DNA of 39,924 bases, taken from IMG/VR virus record IMGVR_UViG_3300030451_001250, positions 1-39,924 of that record; one strand, written 5' to 3'. Below the pieces are notes generated by a model, which did not search any database, had not been told where the DNA came from, and was given only the letters and a program-made list of their open reading frames with translations. A program made the position numbers and the translations under genes. This document shows, piece by piece, positions 25,894 to 34,190 of the stretch. The stretch is from a virus. Its lineage: Duplodnaviria > Caudoviricetes. Position 1 is the stretch's first letter. Each line of letters starts with the position of its first letter.

Positions 25894-26693
25894 TTTTCTA
25901 TAGGGGTTGTAAATGCCCATCGGGGCAAGGATAAGGATTGAACACCTGCTTGGCACCAGCTAGGCCAGTCATCAAGCAAGCGACATTCGGCAATCTTATC
26001 TAAAGCACTTCTACTAAGGTTTTGGCCTTCTTGCAAGGCATCTTCATCAAGTTCCCATAAACCGACGTCAAATGGATATTCAGATTGGACTACAAGAAAA
26101 ATAAACCGTTTTGCTGATGGGATTCCATTTAAATAGTGTGCTGCCTGTAAATGATATTTAAAATTAGCAACAGCTTTAGCAAAGTCTTTAGGGTTTGCTC
26201 CTGTTCTACTGGTTTTTAAATCCACAATAGTTTCTTTATTTAACCAGTCAGGTCTGCACTTACAGGTAACTCCAGAAATGTTATCATCCCACCAGTAAGA
26301 TTTCTCTGCAATACCAAAACTTAATAACTTTTTGGCATAAGATTCTGCAAAAACCGCATCTCTCATCTTGATTGCATTTGACCAATCCGATTCAGTTACA
26401 GGAGTCATGCCCTTTTCTTCGGCCTCCTTTGCCTCTTCTTTCCCTTTTTTGGTTGTCCTTGATGATACTGCAACAAATCTTTTTGTAAGTTCATCAGGTT
26501 CGAGAACGGCACAATGAGTCAATGTTCCAAGCATCATAGCTGCCGTTGGTTTATGTTTTGGCCGATTAGGATTAAGAAAAGAGTTCCAGTAAGCTCTAGG
26601 GCCATGAGATACCATTACTTTTTGCATTGATGCTGAAATTGCATCATCGGCATGGTATTTTTCGTTTGAAATCTGGGTTGATCCTGTTGTCAT
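25890..26693 (-). CDS. RecE/ExoVIII-like PD-(D/E)xK exonuclease (DUF3799-type)
   Basis: 'ISNEKYHA..AISAS', 'GTLTHCAVLEP', 'CKCRPDW...IVDLKT' and 'YHLQAAHY'. Confidence 0.9.
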   Translation of the reverse strand: MTTGSTQISNEKYHADDAISASMQKVMVSHGPRAYWNSFLNPNRPKHKPTAAMMLGTLTHCAVLEPDELTKRFVAVSSRTTKKGKEEAKEAEEKGMTPVTESDWSNAIKMRDAVFAESYAKKLLSFGIAEKSYWWDDNISGVTCKCRPDWLNKETIVDLKTSRTGANPKDFAKAVANFKYHLQAAHYLNGIPSAKRFIFLVVQSEYPFDVGLWELDEDALQEGQNLSRSALDKIAECRLLDDWPSWCQAGVQSLSLPRWAFTTPIEK

Positions 26694-26977
26694 GAGTTTT
26701 TATATCCTTTTGTATGTGGGCCGTATTGCATAAATAAACGAGGCCAGGTTTTTAAAATAAGTGCTTTATCCTGTGGCATGGCAACAAGGCCAGCCTGTGC
26801 AAGACGTTTTAAAAATGCTGATGCTCTAGGGCAATCAATTACAGATGCAAACGTGTTAAAGATTTCTTTATCGGTCATGGTTAAGATTAGGTTGCCGAGT
26901 TCGGAGCGTTCAGGGGTTGGTCGCTTCGACCTCGGTTGTTTATGAAAGCGAAGGCCAAGATCATATTCACTCATCAT
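26690..26977 (-). CDS. Hypothetical protein
   Basis: 95 aa, ATGA-coupled on both sides. Confidence 0.6.
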   Translation of the reverse strand: MMSEYDLGLRFHKQPRSKRPTPERSELGNLILTMTDKEIFNTFASVIDCPRASAFLKRLAQAGLVAMPQDKALILKTWPRLFMQYGPHTKGYKNS

Positions 26978-27111
26978 CGTCTTGCAAGCTCCTTACACGC
27001 AGCCTCGACATTATATGTGTAGCAATCTATCTTAGTAGAGGTAAGTAAAGAATCTGAAAGGGCAAAATATCCAATGCCGAAGATGCAGATGTAAAGAAAT
27101 AAATGTTTCAT
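26974..27111 (-). CDS. Small exported/membrane protein (45 aa, MKHLFLYICIFGIGYFALSDSLLTSTKIDCYTYNVEAACKELARR)
   Basis: Translated by hand; first gene after promoter P4; N-terminal hydrophobic helix and a Cys pair. Confidence 0.65.
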   Translation of the reverse strand: MKHLFLYICIFGIGYFALSDSLLTSTKIDCYTYNVEAACKELARR

Positions 27112-27136
27112 GGGGTTGGGTTTCAGGGGTACTTTA

Positions 27137-27164
27137 ACAATACCTAACGGTCAACAATTGTCAA
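27137..27164 (-). promoter_or_regulatory. Early promoter P4
   Basis: TTGACA(27164-59)-N16-TATTGT; carries GTTGACAATTGTTGA. Confidence 0.65.
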
Positions 27165-27564
27165 CTGGTATAAACTCTGGGTATTGTTTAGTAAGTCTCT
27201 TTTCAATTGTTTTATAGTCCATATTCCATTCAACAAGACATTCGTTTTTTTCATTTTTTATTTTATCTTTTTTAGCTTGTTCTTCTGCGATACGTTTTCT
27301 GCAATATTTAATTTGATCTCTGTAATCTTGAATATTTAAATCATACATATTTATTTGTTTGTCAAAATTTTCCAATTTAACAAAATGTTCATCATCTTTG
27401 CCCTCTGGCCCTTCAAGTATTCTTCTTAAGTAACTTTCGTCACAATTAAAGTCATCTGACCAATGTTCTGATTCTTCTCCACCAAGATCAAACATCTTGG
27501 TGTGGAATTTATCAAGTATTGCGAAGGCTTTTTCTGCTTGATTGTAATAATGACCACGTTTCAT
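27151..27564 (-). CDS. Hypothetical early protein with a coiled coil
   Basis: 137 aa, preceded by AGGAGG. Confidence 0.7.
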   Translation of the reverse strand: MKRGHYYNQAEKAFAILDKFHTKMFDLGGEESEHWSDDFNCDESYLRRILEGPEGKDDEHFVKLENFDKQINMYDLNIQDYRDQIKYCRKRIAEEQAKKDKIKNEKNECLVEWNMDYKTIEKRLTKQYPEFIPVDNC

Positions 27565-27777
27565 TTACTTAGCCTCCTCTTGATACATTGGCTTCATTTC
27601 AAATCGCCAGGGGTAGGTATCAGTAGTTTTTGTTTTATCTGCATCAGGGTGATTAGTAAATAAATCTTCCCATTTGCCAACTTCTTGTAACCAGTAGTTG
27701 TCTCCTTTTTCTTGGCGGATTTGTTTGCCATTATCCTCAAGGTAGTTAAGACGAGTAATGATTTCTAAAATGGTCAC
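27565..27777 (-). CDS. Hypothetical early protein (GTG start)
   Basis: 70 aa, preceded by AGGAGG. Confidence 0.7.
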   Translation of the reverse strand: MTILEIITRLNYLEDNGKQIRQEKGDNYWLQEVGKWEDLFTNHPDADKTKTTDTYPWRFEMKPMYQEEAK

Positions 27778-28080
27778 TTACTTAGCCTCCTTTTGTATTC
27801 TGTTTAATATGTTGTAAGTCCAATTTGGCTCATACTCAAGGTCACGGAAATCGGCGTTGGCTTTATTGGCCTCATAATTTGTTTCATGTATGCTGAAGTG
27901 TATAACCTTGTTTGTAAGATGGTTGAATAATTGAGCTACACCAAACTCTGCTGCTGATTGATCGCAAAACTTAATTGCATCTTGCCAGTTAACAAATATA
28001 TGATCTAAGTGACCATTTTTGTATGGTGTTTCAACCCTGTATTGTAAGTATTTTGGGTTGCCTTGAATTGGGTGTCTCAT
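27778..28080 (-). CDS. Hypothetical early protein
   Basis: 100 aa, first gene after promoter P1. Confidence 0.7.
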   Translation of the reverse strand: MRHPIQGNPKYLQYRVETPYKNGHLDHIFVNWQDAIKFCDQSAAEFGVAQLFNHLTNKVIHFSIHETNYEANKANADFRDLEYEPNWTYNILNRIQKEAK

Positions 28081-28109
28081 TGTGTTAGTGGGGTTGTTTC
28101 TATACCTTT

Positions 28110-28138
28110 ATATTACATTTCCCTTCAACAACTGTCAA
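28110..28138 (-). promoter_or_regulatory. Early promoter P1
   Basis: TTGACA(28138-33)-N17-TAATAT(28115-10). Confidence 0.8.
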
Positions 28139-28157
28139 CAAACAGGGAGATATTCTG

Positions 28158-28328
28158 TTACATTTGTAATTCTGCTATTCGTTCATCTAACGCATTCACC
28201 AGTAAACGATACTGTTGATCATTAATCTGACGTCTAAACCACATATCTCCCAGATTTGCCACTTCATTATGCAATGACGCAATAAGATATTTTTTTCTTC
28301 TATCAAGGTCTTGATGGTAACAAGTCAT
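28158..28328 (-). CDS. Small helical protein (56 aa, SHOCT-like)
   Basis: Translated by hand: MTCYHQDLDRRKKYLIASLHNEVANLGDMWFRRQINDQQYRLLVNALDERIAELQM; ATGA-coupled. Confidence 0.65.
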   Translation of the reverse strand: MTCYHQDLDRRKKYLIASLHNEVANLGDMWFRRQINDQQYRLLVNALDERIAELQM

Positions 28329-28528
28329 GTTTTAACGCCCCATTTCCTTCTTAGTTTATTTTTTAGTTGCATTTTTTGTTGTCTTGTTATCGACAAGTAA
28401 CAATTATCAAGTTCTTCAATTAAAGATTCATAATCTTCTTCAGACGCTTCAAGTGATTTCTGAAAATTCACAAGAGAAGCTCTTATAAGTTTGTAATCCC
28501 TACTGGAAATGTCTAATATATATCTCAT
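28325..28528 (-). CDS. Hypothetical early protein (67 aa; likely start MRYILDIS)
   Basis: ATG at 28528 follows the upstream stop at 28537. Confidence 0.65.
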   Translation of the reverse strand: MRYILDISSRDYKLIRASLVNFQKSLEASEEDYESLIEELDNCYLSITRQQKMQLKNKLRRKWGVKT

Positions 28529-28536
28529 TGAAGTGG

Positions 28537-28755
28537 TTACTTTTTGATTTGATTGTAAATTTTTAAAAACCTTTCTTGTAATTCTTGAACGCTGCATTGA
28601 TCAGCATTTTTTATCTCAATAATTTCTTTTGGTGTAACCCAACAAGTTCTTTCATCTTCTGTTTGTACCTCAATAAGGTCATTTGTAAAATCTACGCAAC
28701 AGAACATAACATCAATATTGGTTCTAATGATTGTATGGGTTGGTTTGAAAGTCAT
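28537..28755 (-). CDS. Hypothetical early protein
   Basis: 72 aa, first gene after promoter P2. Confidence 0.65.
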   Translation of the reverse strand: MTFKPTHTIIRTNIDVMFCCVDFTNDLIEVQTEDERTCWVTPKEIIEIKNADQCSVQELQERFLKIYNQIKK

Positions 28756-28781
28756 TTGAAGGGGTTGTCTCTATACCTTTA

Positions 28782-28810
28782 ATTATAGTCTATGCGTCAA
28801 CAACTGTCAA
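28782..28810 (-). promoter_or_regulatory. Early promoter P2 (perfect consensus)
   Basis: TTGACA(28810-05)-N17-TATAAT(28787-82). Confidence 0.85.
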
Positions 28811-28817
28811 CAAGGTT

Positions 28818-28845
28818 AAGAGGTTATCTTGTAACCTCTTTTATT
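28818..28845. terminator. Perfect 9-bp hairpin between early cassettes
   Basis: AAGAGGTTA-tcttg-TAACCTCTT; the T-tract follows on the + strand. Confidence 0.5.
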
Positions 28846-28862
28846 AATTTATTCATTGTGTG

Positions 28863-29009
28863 TTAAAACTTTCTACCTTTTTTGGTTTCAAGAATCAACT
28901 CGTGTAGCCATTTTCTAAATAATTCAGCGTGTTCTAAATTGTTCACATCTTTGTGTGGAATGGCTTTTAGCTTTTTATCTAAGTTATCAAAGCGGTTAGG
29001 TGTGGTCAT
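28863..29009 (-). CDS. Small early protein (48 aa, MTTPNRFDNLDKKLKAIPHKDVNNLEHAELFRKWLHELILETKKGRKF)
   Basis: Translated by hand; sole gene after promoter P3. Confidence 0.65.
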   Translation of the reverse strand: MTTPNRFDNLDKKLKAIPHKDVNNLEHAELFRKWLHELILETKKGRKF

Positions 29010-29033
29010 TTTAAGAGGGGTTGATTTACTTTT

Positions 29034-29062
29034 ATATTATATCTATTTTCAACAACTGTCAA
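29034..29062 (-). promoter_or_regulatory. Early promoter P3
   Basis: TTGACA(29062-57)-N17-TAATAT(29039-34). Confidence 0.8.
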
Positions 29063-29298
29063 CAAGGTTTCATTACTTGTACATCAAAGCCCTTCTCCTT
29101 CAACTCTTGAATCCTATACATCTGTATTTCACTCAATCTTCCCTTCGGCCCTTTCACCTCAATAAATTTGACCTCACCTGGCTTCATACAAATTAAATCA
29201 GGAAATCCAGCTTTGTTGCACATAATTAACTTGATTACTGTCCACCCTTCTTTCTCGTGCTTGTCGATTAGCTTCTTCTGATATTGTGCCTCTGTCAT
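29059..29298 (-). CDS. VRR-NUC domain nuclease (Holliday junction resolvase-like)
   Basis: 'EAQYQKK', 'GFPDLI', 'FIEVKGPKGRLSEIQ....QELKEKGF'. Confidence 0.9.
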   Translation of the reverse strand: MTEAQYQKKLIDKHEKEGWTVIKLIMCNKAGFPDLICMKPGEVKFIEVKGPKGRLSEIQMYRIQELKEKGFDVQVMKPC

Positions 29299-30511
29299 TC
29301 CTATAATGCTTGATCGTATAGCTTTCCTTTAATTTAACAACATCATATACTTTTGGCTCGATTCCCTTTTCTGCAAAAATATAATGGATTTTATTCTTTC
29401 TATCCCTACCAAGAAAACTGGCCCTTTCCCTGCCCTGTAGATAACTTAAGGCAGAATAATCTATTCCCATAAAAATTAAATGATCGGCACTGCTTAAATT
29501 GACACCTTCCCTGCAACTTTTGACCTGACCAATAAAAACAGAATCACTAACCGCATTAAATATATCTGGATCATCTGTTGCCCTATGACCGAAACTTTCT
29601 CTCAGCATTTTGCCCTCTGCAATAAAACAATATAAAATAGCAATCCTGCCACTAAAGTTGTTTTTTATATAATCAATCTTGCTTTTATCAAATATAACTG
29701 CTCCATGGTTCTCAGTAATAACATGACCATTGTAAATCTGCCTTAATTTGCTCATTACCTTTGCCCCAGTATCTGCAACGACGCTTCTTCTCGTTGGTTT
29801 ACCAATAACACCGTTTTTTATAATCCTCAAAGCCAACCTGTATGTCCTTCTGGACATTTTTACCATATGCACTTGTTCCTCCACTTCTTGAGTAAAACCA
29901 GCCTCTTTTTGGGTCATTTGTACCGTGTAAGGCTCAATATCCTTTAGAATCCTGCTTTGTTTAGCGTCTGAGTAATCTTTTATAACAACACCAGTTCCAA
30001 CCCTTTTCTCCTTTACATCCACATAATCACTGGCCCATCTATAAAAGTTCTGATATTTACTCCATAAAAAAGGAGCTAATGACCATTGATGGTATAGCTG
30101 ACTGAAACTCTCAGGACTTGGCGTTCCACTCATCAAAATAATAATGTTATATCTAAGCTGTAATATATTTTGATACCGTTGAGATGGTTTTGGAAAGGCT
30201 CCCACGCTATGAGCTTCATCCACAATGATCATATTCCAACTTGTACCCTTAAAATTCTTTAACTGCTCAAAGTTAGTTATGGATACTATCCCCTCAAGAT
30301 TCATCTTTTCTATATCGCTTTTAATACTGGGAATTGCTTTTTTCTTAGTAATTACCAACACCTTCTTAAGTGCCATATTTCTAACAACAGATAATGCAAC
30401 TAAGGTTTTGCCTGTTCTACATTCACCACTTAAATATGCACATTTTTTAATCTGACAAAGTTTTGTAAGTCTTTTACTCGCTTTTTTTTGATATTCTCTT
30501 AAAATTACCAT
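29198..30511 (-). CDS. Superfamily 2 (SNF2-like) DNA helicase
   Basis: Q-motif 'LREYQ', Walker A-like 'RTGKT', 'IVDEAH', 'MSGTPSPE', 'EGVNLS' and 'Q.RER'. Confidence 0.88.
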   Translation of the reverse strand: MVILREYQKKASKRLTKLCQIKKCAYLSGECRTGKTLVALSVVRNMALKKVLVITKKKAIPSIKSDIEKMNLEGIVSITNFEQLKNFKGTSWNMIIVDEAHSVGAFPKPSQRYQNILQLRYNIIILMSGTPSPESFSQLYHQWSLAPFLWSKYQNFYRWASDYVDVKEKRVGTGVVIKDYSDAKQSRILKDIEPYTVQMTQKEAGFTQEVEEQVHMVKMSRRTYRLALRIIKNGVIGKPTRRSVVADTGAKVMSKLRQIYNGHVITENHGAVIFDKSKIDYIKNNFSGRIAILYCFIAEGKMLRESFGHRATDDPDIFNAVSDSVFIGQVKSCREGVNLSSADHLIFMGIDYSALSYLQGRERASFLGRDRKNKIHYIFAEKGIEPKVYDVVKLKESYTIKHYRNDRGTISEEANRQARERRVDSNQVNYVQQSWIS

Positions 30512-30569
30512 TGACTATACAAGATTTAGCGGTATCTTACCCTATAGTGATACAAAATCAACCCTAAAC

Positions 30570-30713
30570 ATGGAACAAGATCAAACTTTAAAAACCATTA
30601 ATATTCAACTTTCCCAGGGGCAGATAAAATGGCTTGATGATAATAAAGGGTCTGAATCTAGATCTTGTTTGCTCAGATTTATTGTTGCAAAAGAAATGGA
30701 GAAGGTTGCTTAA
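30570..30713 (+). CDS. Ribbon-helix-helix (CopG/Arc-like) regulator (47 aa)
   Basis: Translated by hand: MEQDQTLKTINIQLSQGQIKWLDDNKGSESRSCLLRFIVAKEMEKVA. Alternating beta strand, helix, 'SRS.LLR' helix. Confidence 0.75.
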   Translation: MEQDQTLKTINIQLSQGQIKWLDDNKGSESRSCLLRFIVAKEMEKVA

Positions 30714-30715
30714 CA

Positions 30716-32779
30716 ATGGATATAAAAGAAGAATTGCTTGGACTTCCCAAGCACTGGGGTTTTGTTGCCGTTCAAAATAAAAGACCTTATCAAAATAATT
30801 GGCAAAATAACCCACTTACACGCTCTCAATTATTTAAAGAAATCTCTCTTAAAAAATCTACAGGGATTGGTGTATTATGCGGAACCCCTTCAGGTGGCCT
30901 ACTTTTCCTCGATCATGATGGCCCATCAGCAGCAAAAATATTAGGTGAGTGGGGTTTTTCTCTTTCATCACTACCTCCTTCATGGATGGTTACATCAGGT
31001 CGGGTTGGTAGATTTCAAATAATTTACCAAGTGCCAGAACAATATTGGTCACAAATAAAAACACGGAAATTTCAAACAGGTGTAAAGGACGAAGATGGTT
31101 CTGTTGAACAGATCGAACTTCGGTGGAATGGTACACAGTCAATAGTATCTGGTAAACATCCAAAAACTGACGGGTATAGATGGATGGAAAATCGCTCACC
31201 AAAAGATTTAGAAATTGCAGAAGCTCCTGTTGCCATTATCGAAAAAATGATGGAGCAAAAGAAAAAGACAAAAACTCCTCAAGTACAAACTCTCAACTCA
31301 GATACTGATAAAGCACGTTCACTTCTGCAATCAATTAATCCAAATCGGTTAGATGATTATGATGCTTGGCTTAAAATTGGCATGGCTGCTCATTCAGTTG
31401 GGGATAATTCACTTCTTTACGATTGGGAACAACTATCACAAAGGAACAGCAAATATCAATCAGGGGAATGTGAAAAGAAATGGGCATCCTTCAAATCATC
31501 TGGTGTCTCTCTCGGCACTCTTCAAAAGTTTGCCTCCGAAGATGGTTGGACTCCACCACCTAGATCCTTCCCCACTTCAATAAAGCCAACAGAAGAATCA
31601 ACACCAGTTCCTCGTAAACTTGAGCAGCTTACATCTCAGGAACTTATAAACTTTTTACGCAACCTAAAACAGGAAATTAGATTTAATACCTTTTCCCATT
31701 CAATAGAAATGGATGGCAAAGTTATTAAAAATATTGAACTTTTCTACCTGACACTTGCAGAACTTGGTTATAAAGTGCCAAAAGAAATGGCCATTGATTG
31801 CCTTCTTAAAGTTGCCCATGAAAATGAATATGACCCAGTAAAGCTTTATCTTGATCATTGTTATAACGAAATTCAACCAACATACATAGATAGACTTGCC
31901 TCTACATATTTAAGACCACAAGATCAAAACCTTAAAGAACCGACAATATATGACATAATGCTTAAACTTACCCTTATTAATGCAGTAAGAAGAGTTTATA
32001 TTCCAGGCTGTAAACATGATTCCGCAACTGTTCTTCAAGGTTCTCAAGGCATAAAGAAATCATCATTTTGGCAAACATTATTTGGCCCCTTCTTCTCAGA
32101 TGCACTCGGCGATATATCTTCTAAAGACGACCTCCTAGTTCTTCACCGTTCATGGGGCATGGAATGGTCTGAAATCGATGGTGTAACAAGTCGCAAACAC
32201 GCTGGAACAATAAAAGCCTTCTTATCAAGATCAACTGACCTTCTACGAGTGCCTTATGGTAAAGCAGTCGAAGAATGGCCAAGGCGTGGCATAATTGTAG
32301 GATCAACAAACAAAGAATCTGGTTTATTAATAGACGACACAGGCAATAGGCGTTTTCATATAATTCCCTGCACTACAAAATCAATCGACCTTGATGCTCT
32401 TCAACTTGAACGTGACTCCATTTGGGCAGCTTCCGTTCATGCCTTTAAAAATAATGAACCGCATTTTCTCTCCTACGAACAGGAAAATCAAATTGAAAAA
32501 GAAAATCTCGGTTATATGGTTGATTCCCCTTGGTTATCCGTCATCACTCAATATTTAAATGACCCTTCTAATGCCTTAAAAGATATAACAATTGAGCTTC
32601 TTTTATCTGAAGCAATAGAAAAACCTGTTGAAAGACAAACAAAATCTGACACAATGACTGTCTCATCTATTCTCAAATCCTTACAATATGAACGCAAAAG
32701 GAAACGAATAGAGGGAACACCTAAATGGGTGTGGTTCTCACCTGTTCTCACTACTGTTCTCACTACTGGGAACGGTTAA
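30716..32779 (+). CDS. Bifunctional primase/polymerase + PriCT-2 + VirE-like helicase; start MDIKEELL at 30716
   Basis: 'GIGVLCG..SGGLLFLDHDG', 'YDAWLKIGMA.HS' (PriCT-2), Walker A-like 'GSQGIKKS', 'RVPYG' and 'DDTGNRRF'. Confidence 0.9.
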   Translation: MDIKEELLGLPKHWGFVAVQNKRPYQNNWQNNPLTRSQLFKEISLKKSTGIGVLCGTPSGGLLFLDHDGPSAAKILGEWGFSLSSLPPSWMVTSGRVGRFQIIYQVPEQYWSQIKTRKFQTGVKDEDGSVEQIELRWNGTQSIVSGKHPKTDGYRWMENRSPKDLEIAEAPVAIIEKMMEQKKKTKTPQVQTLNSDTDKARSLLQSINPNRLDDYDAWLKIGMAAHSVGDNSLLYDWEQLSQRNSKYQSGECEKKWASFKSSGVSLGTLQKFASEDGWTPPPRSFPTSIKPTEESTPVPRKLEQLTSQELINFLRNLKQEIRFNTFSHSIEMDGKVIKNIELFYLTLAELGYKVPKEMAIDCLLKVAHENEYDPVKLYLDHCYNEIQPTYIDRLASTYLRPQDQNLKEPTIYDIMLKLTLINAVRRVYIPGCKHDSATVLQGSQGIKKSSFWQTLFGPFFSDALGDISSKDDLLVLHRSWGMEWSEIDGVTSRKHAGTIKAFLSRSTDLLRVPYGKAVEEWPRRGIIVGSTNKESGLLIDDTGNRRFHIIPCTTKSIDLDALQLERDSIWAASVHAFKNNEPHFLSYEQENQIEKENLGYMVDSPWLSVITQYLNDPSNALKDITIELLLSEAIEKPVERQTKSDTMTVSSILKSLQYERKRKRIEGTPKWVWFSPVLTTVLTTGNG

Positions 32780-32948
32780 AACCCCTGCTATCACTATCTT
32801 ATATATATATGTTCTCTATGTTCTCTATGTTTTATATATAAATATAATAATAGGTAATATAGGGGTAATATAAGGGTTAGGAAACTCTTAAGCACTTCTG
32901 GGAACACCTGGGAACGTGGGAACACCTCTAAGTCTCAAATAAGTCTCA
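32734..32948. repeat. Putative replication origin: inverted iterons around an AT-rich core
   Basis: GTTCTCA x3 (32734, 32744, 32756), ATGTTCTCT x2, (AT)n tracts, TGGGAAC x3 (32899, 32909, 32917) and AAGTCTCA x2. Confidence 0.6.
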
Positions 32949-32984
32949 TTTTGTTATTTTTTAATACTGAACTACTATGTTCTT

Positions 32985-34190
32985 ATGACTTCAATCAATG
33001 ATTTACAAAACGATCGTAAAAATGCTCGCAAGCGTACTGATCGTTCCTCAAAACTTATAAAAGAATCACTTCAAAAATTTGGTGCTGCAAGATCAATTGT
33101 GATTGATGAAAACAATCGCATACTTGCAGGAAATGGAACAATCGCTGGGGCAAAGGCAGCAGGGATTAAAAATCTTAAAGTTATAGAAACTGATGGTAAT
33201 GAAATTATTGCCGTAAAAAGAATTGGTCTCTCAGAAGATGAAAAAGTTGGTCTCGCTCTTGCAGATAATAGAACTTCCGATCTTTCAGAATGGGATTTAA
33301 ATATGCTTGAAGAATTAAGTCAAGAGCATGACCTTAACCCCTGGTTTGATAATGATGATCTGGAAGAACTGTTGGGAGAGACAGAAGTCTTACCAACAGA
33401 AGGTTTGACAGATCCTGATGATGCTCCAGAAATACCAGAAGAACCAATAACAAAAGAAGGTGATTTATATATTCTTGGCAACCATCGCCTTTTATGTGGT
33501 GACTCTACAAATATTGAAAATGTCGAAAAACTTATGGATGCTAAAAAAGCGGACATGGTTTTTACTGATCCCCCTTATGGTGTTAATGTTAAAGGAGGTG
33601 CAAAAAGTAGTAATTTAATTGCTGGTGATTTAACTCAAGTAGCTATTCCTTTTTCTTTTGATTTAGCTGTTGAAAGAGCAACAAAAGACGATGCTAGATT
33701 TTATTTCTGTGGTTCTGAAGGGAATATCTCTCTATATAGCAAATTATTTGATCGGTTTTTACATCAACTTCCAAGACATTTAATTTGGATGAAAAATGGA
33801 TTTGTGATGAGGCCAAACAATTACCATAACCAGTATGAGATTATTTTCTTTGGCTACAAACCAAAAGGCGGTGGATTAAATCATTGGTATTCAGGTCGCA
33901 CAGAAGCAGAAGCTTCTGACATTTGGGTTATTAAAAGAGATCCGTCAAAAGGGTATTTACATCCAACACAAAAACCAATTGAACTGCCAGAAAGAGCAAT
34001 AAAAAATAGTTCCCCTGTAAATGGTCTTATTTATGAACCCTTTGGCGGTTCTGGTTCAACTCTTATTGCTTGTCAAAAAAATAATAGATGTTGTTATTCA
34101 ATGGAATTAGACCCCAAGTATTGCGATGTAATAGTAAAAAGGTGGGAGGATTTTACAGGTAACAAAGCAAAACGTGTATCATCTAGTTAA
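32985..34190 (+). CDS. ParB/Srx-domain DNA adenine/N4-cytosine methyltransferase (beta class)
   Basis: N-terminal 'IVIDENNRILAGNG...ALADNRT'; 'TDPPYG', 'HPTQKP' and 'EPFGGSGSTLIAC'. Confidence 0.92.
   Translation: MTSINDLQNDRKNARKRTDRSSKLIKESLQKFGAARSIVIDENNRILAGNGTIAGAKAAGIKNLKVIETDGNEIIAVKRIGLSEDEKVGLALADNRTSDLSEWDLNMLEELSQEHDLNPWFDNDDLEELLGETEVLPTEGLTDPDDAPEIPEEPITKEGDLYILGNHRLLCGDSTNIENVEKLMDAKKADMVFTDPPYGVNVKGGAKSSNLIAGDLTQVAIPFSFDLAVERATKDDARFYFCGSEGNISLYSKLFDRFLHQLPRHLIWMKNGFVMRPNNYHNQYEIIFFGYKPKGGGLNHWYSGRTEAEASDIWVIKRDPSKGYLHPTQKPIELPERAIKNSSPVNGLIYEPFGGSGSTLIACQKNNRCCYSMELDPKYCDVIVKRWEDFTGNKAKRVSSS

Noticed and set aside
29198-29298. 101-nt overlap of the helicase and VRR-NUC genes as a recoding site
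   Set aside because: VRR-NUC has its own ATG and the helicase motifs are complete before the overlap. A simple C-terminal run-on explains it.
32734-32948. CRISPR array or mini-array
   Set aside because: The repeats are 7-12 nt, nearly adjacent, and lack unique 25-45 nt spacers. No cas genes are present.
32985-34190. ParB as a plasmid partition system, or the methylase as part of an R-M system
   Set aside because: ParB/Srx-methylase fusions next to terS are common in phages. There is no ParA and no cognate restriction enzyme.
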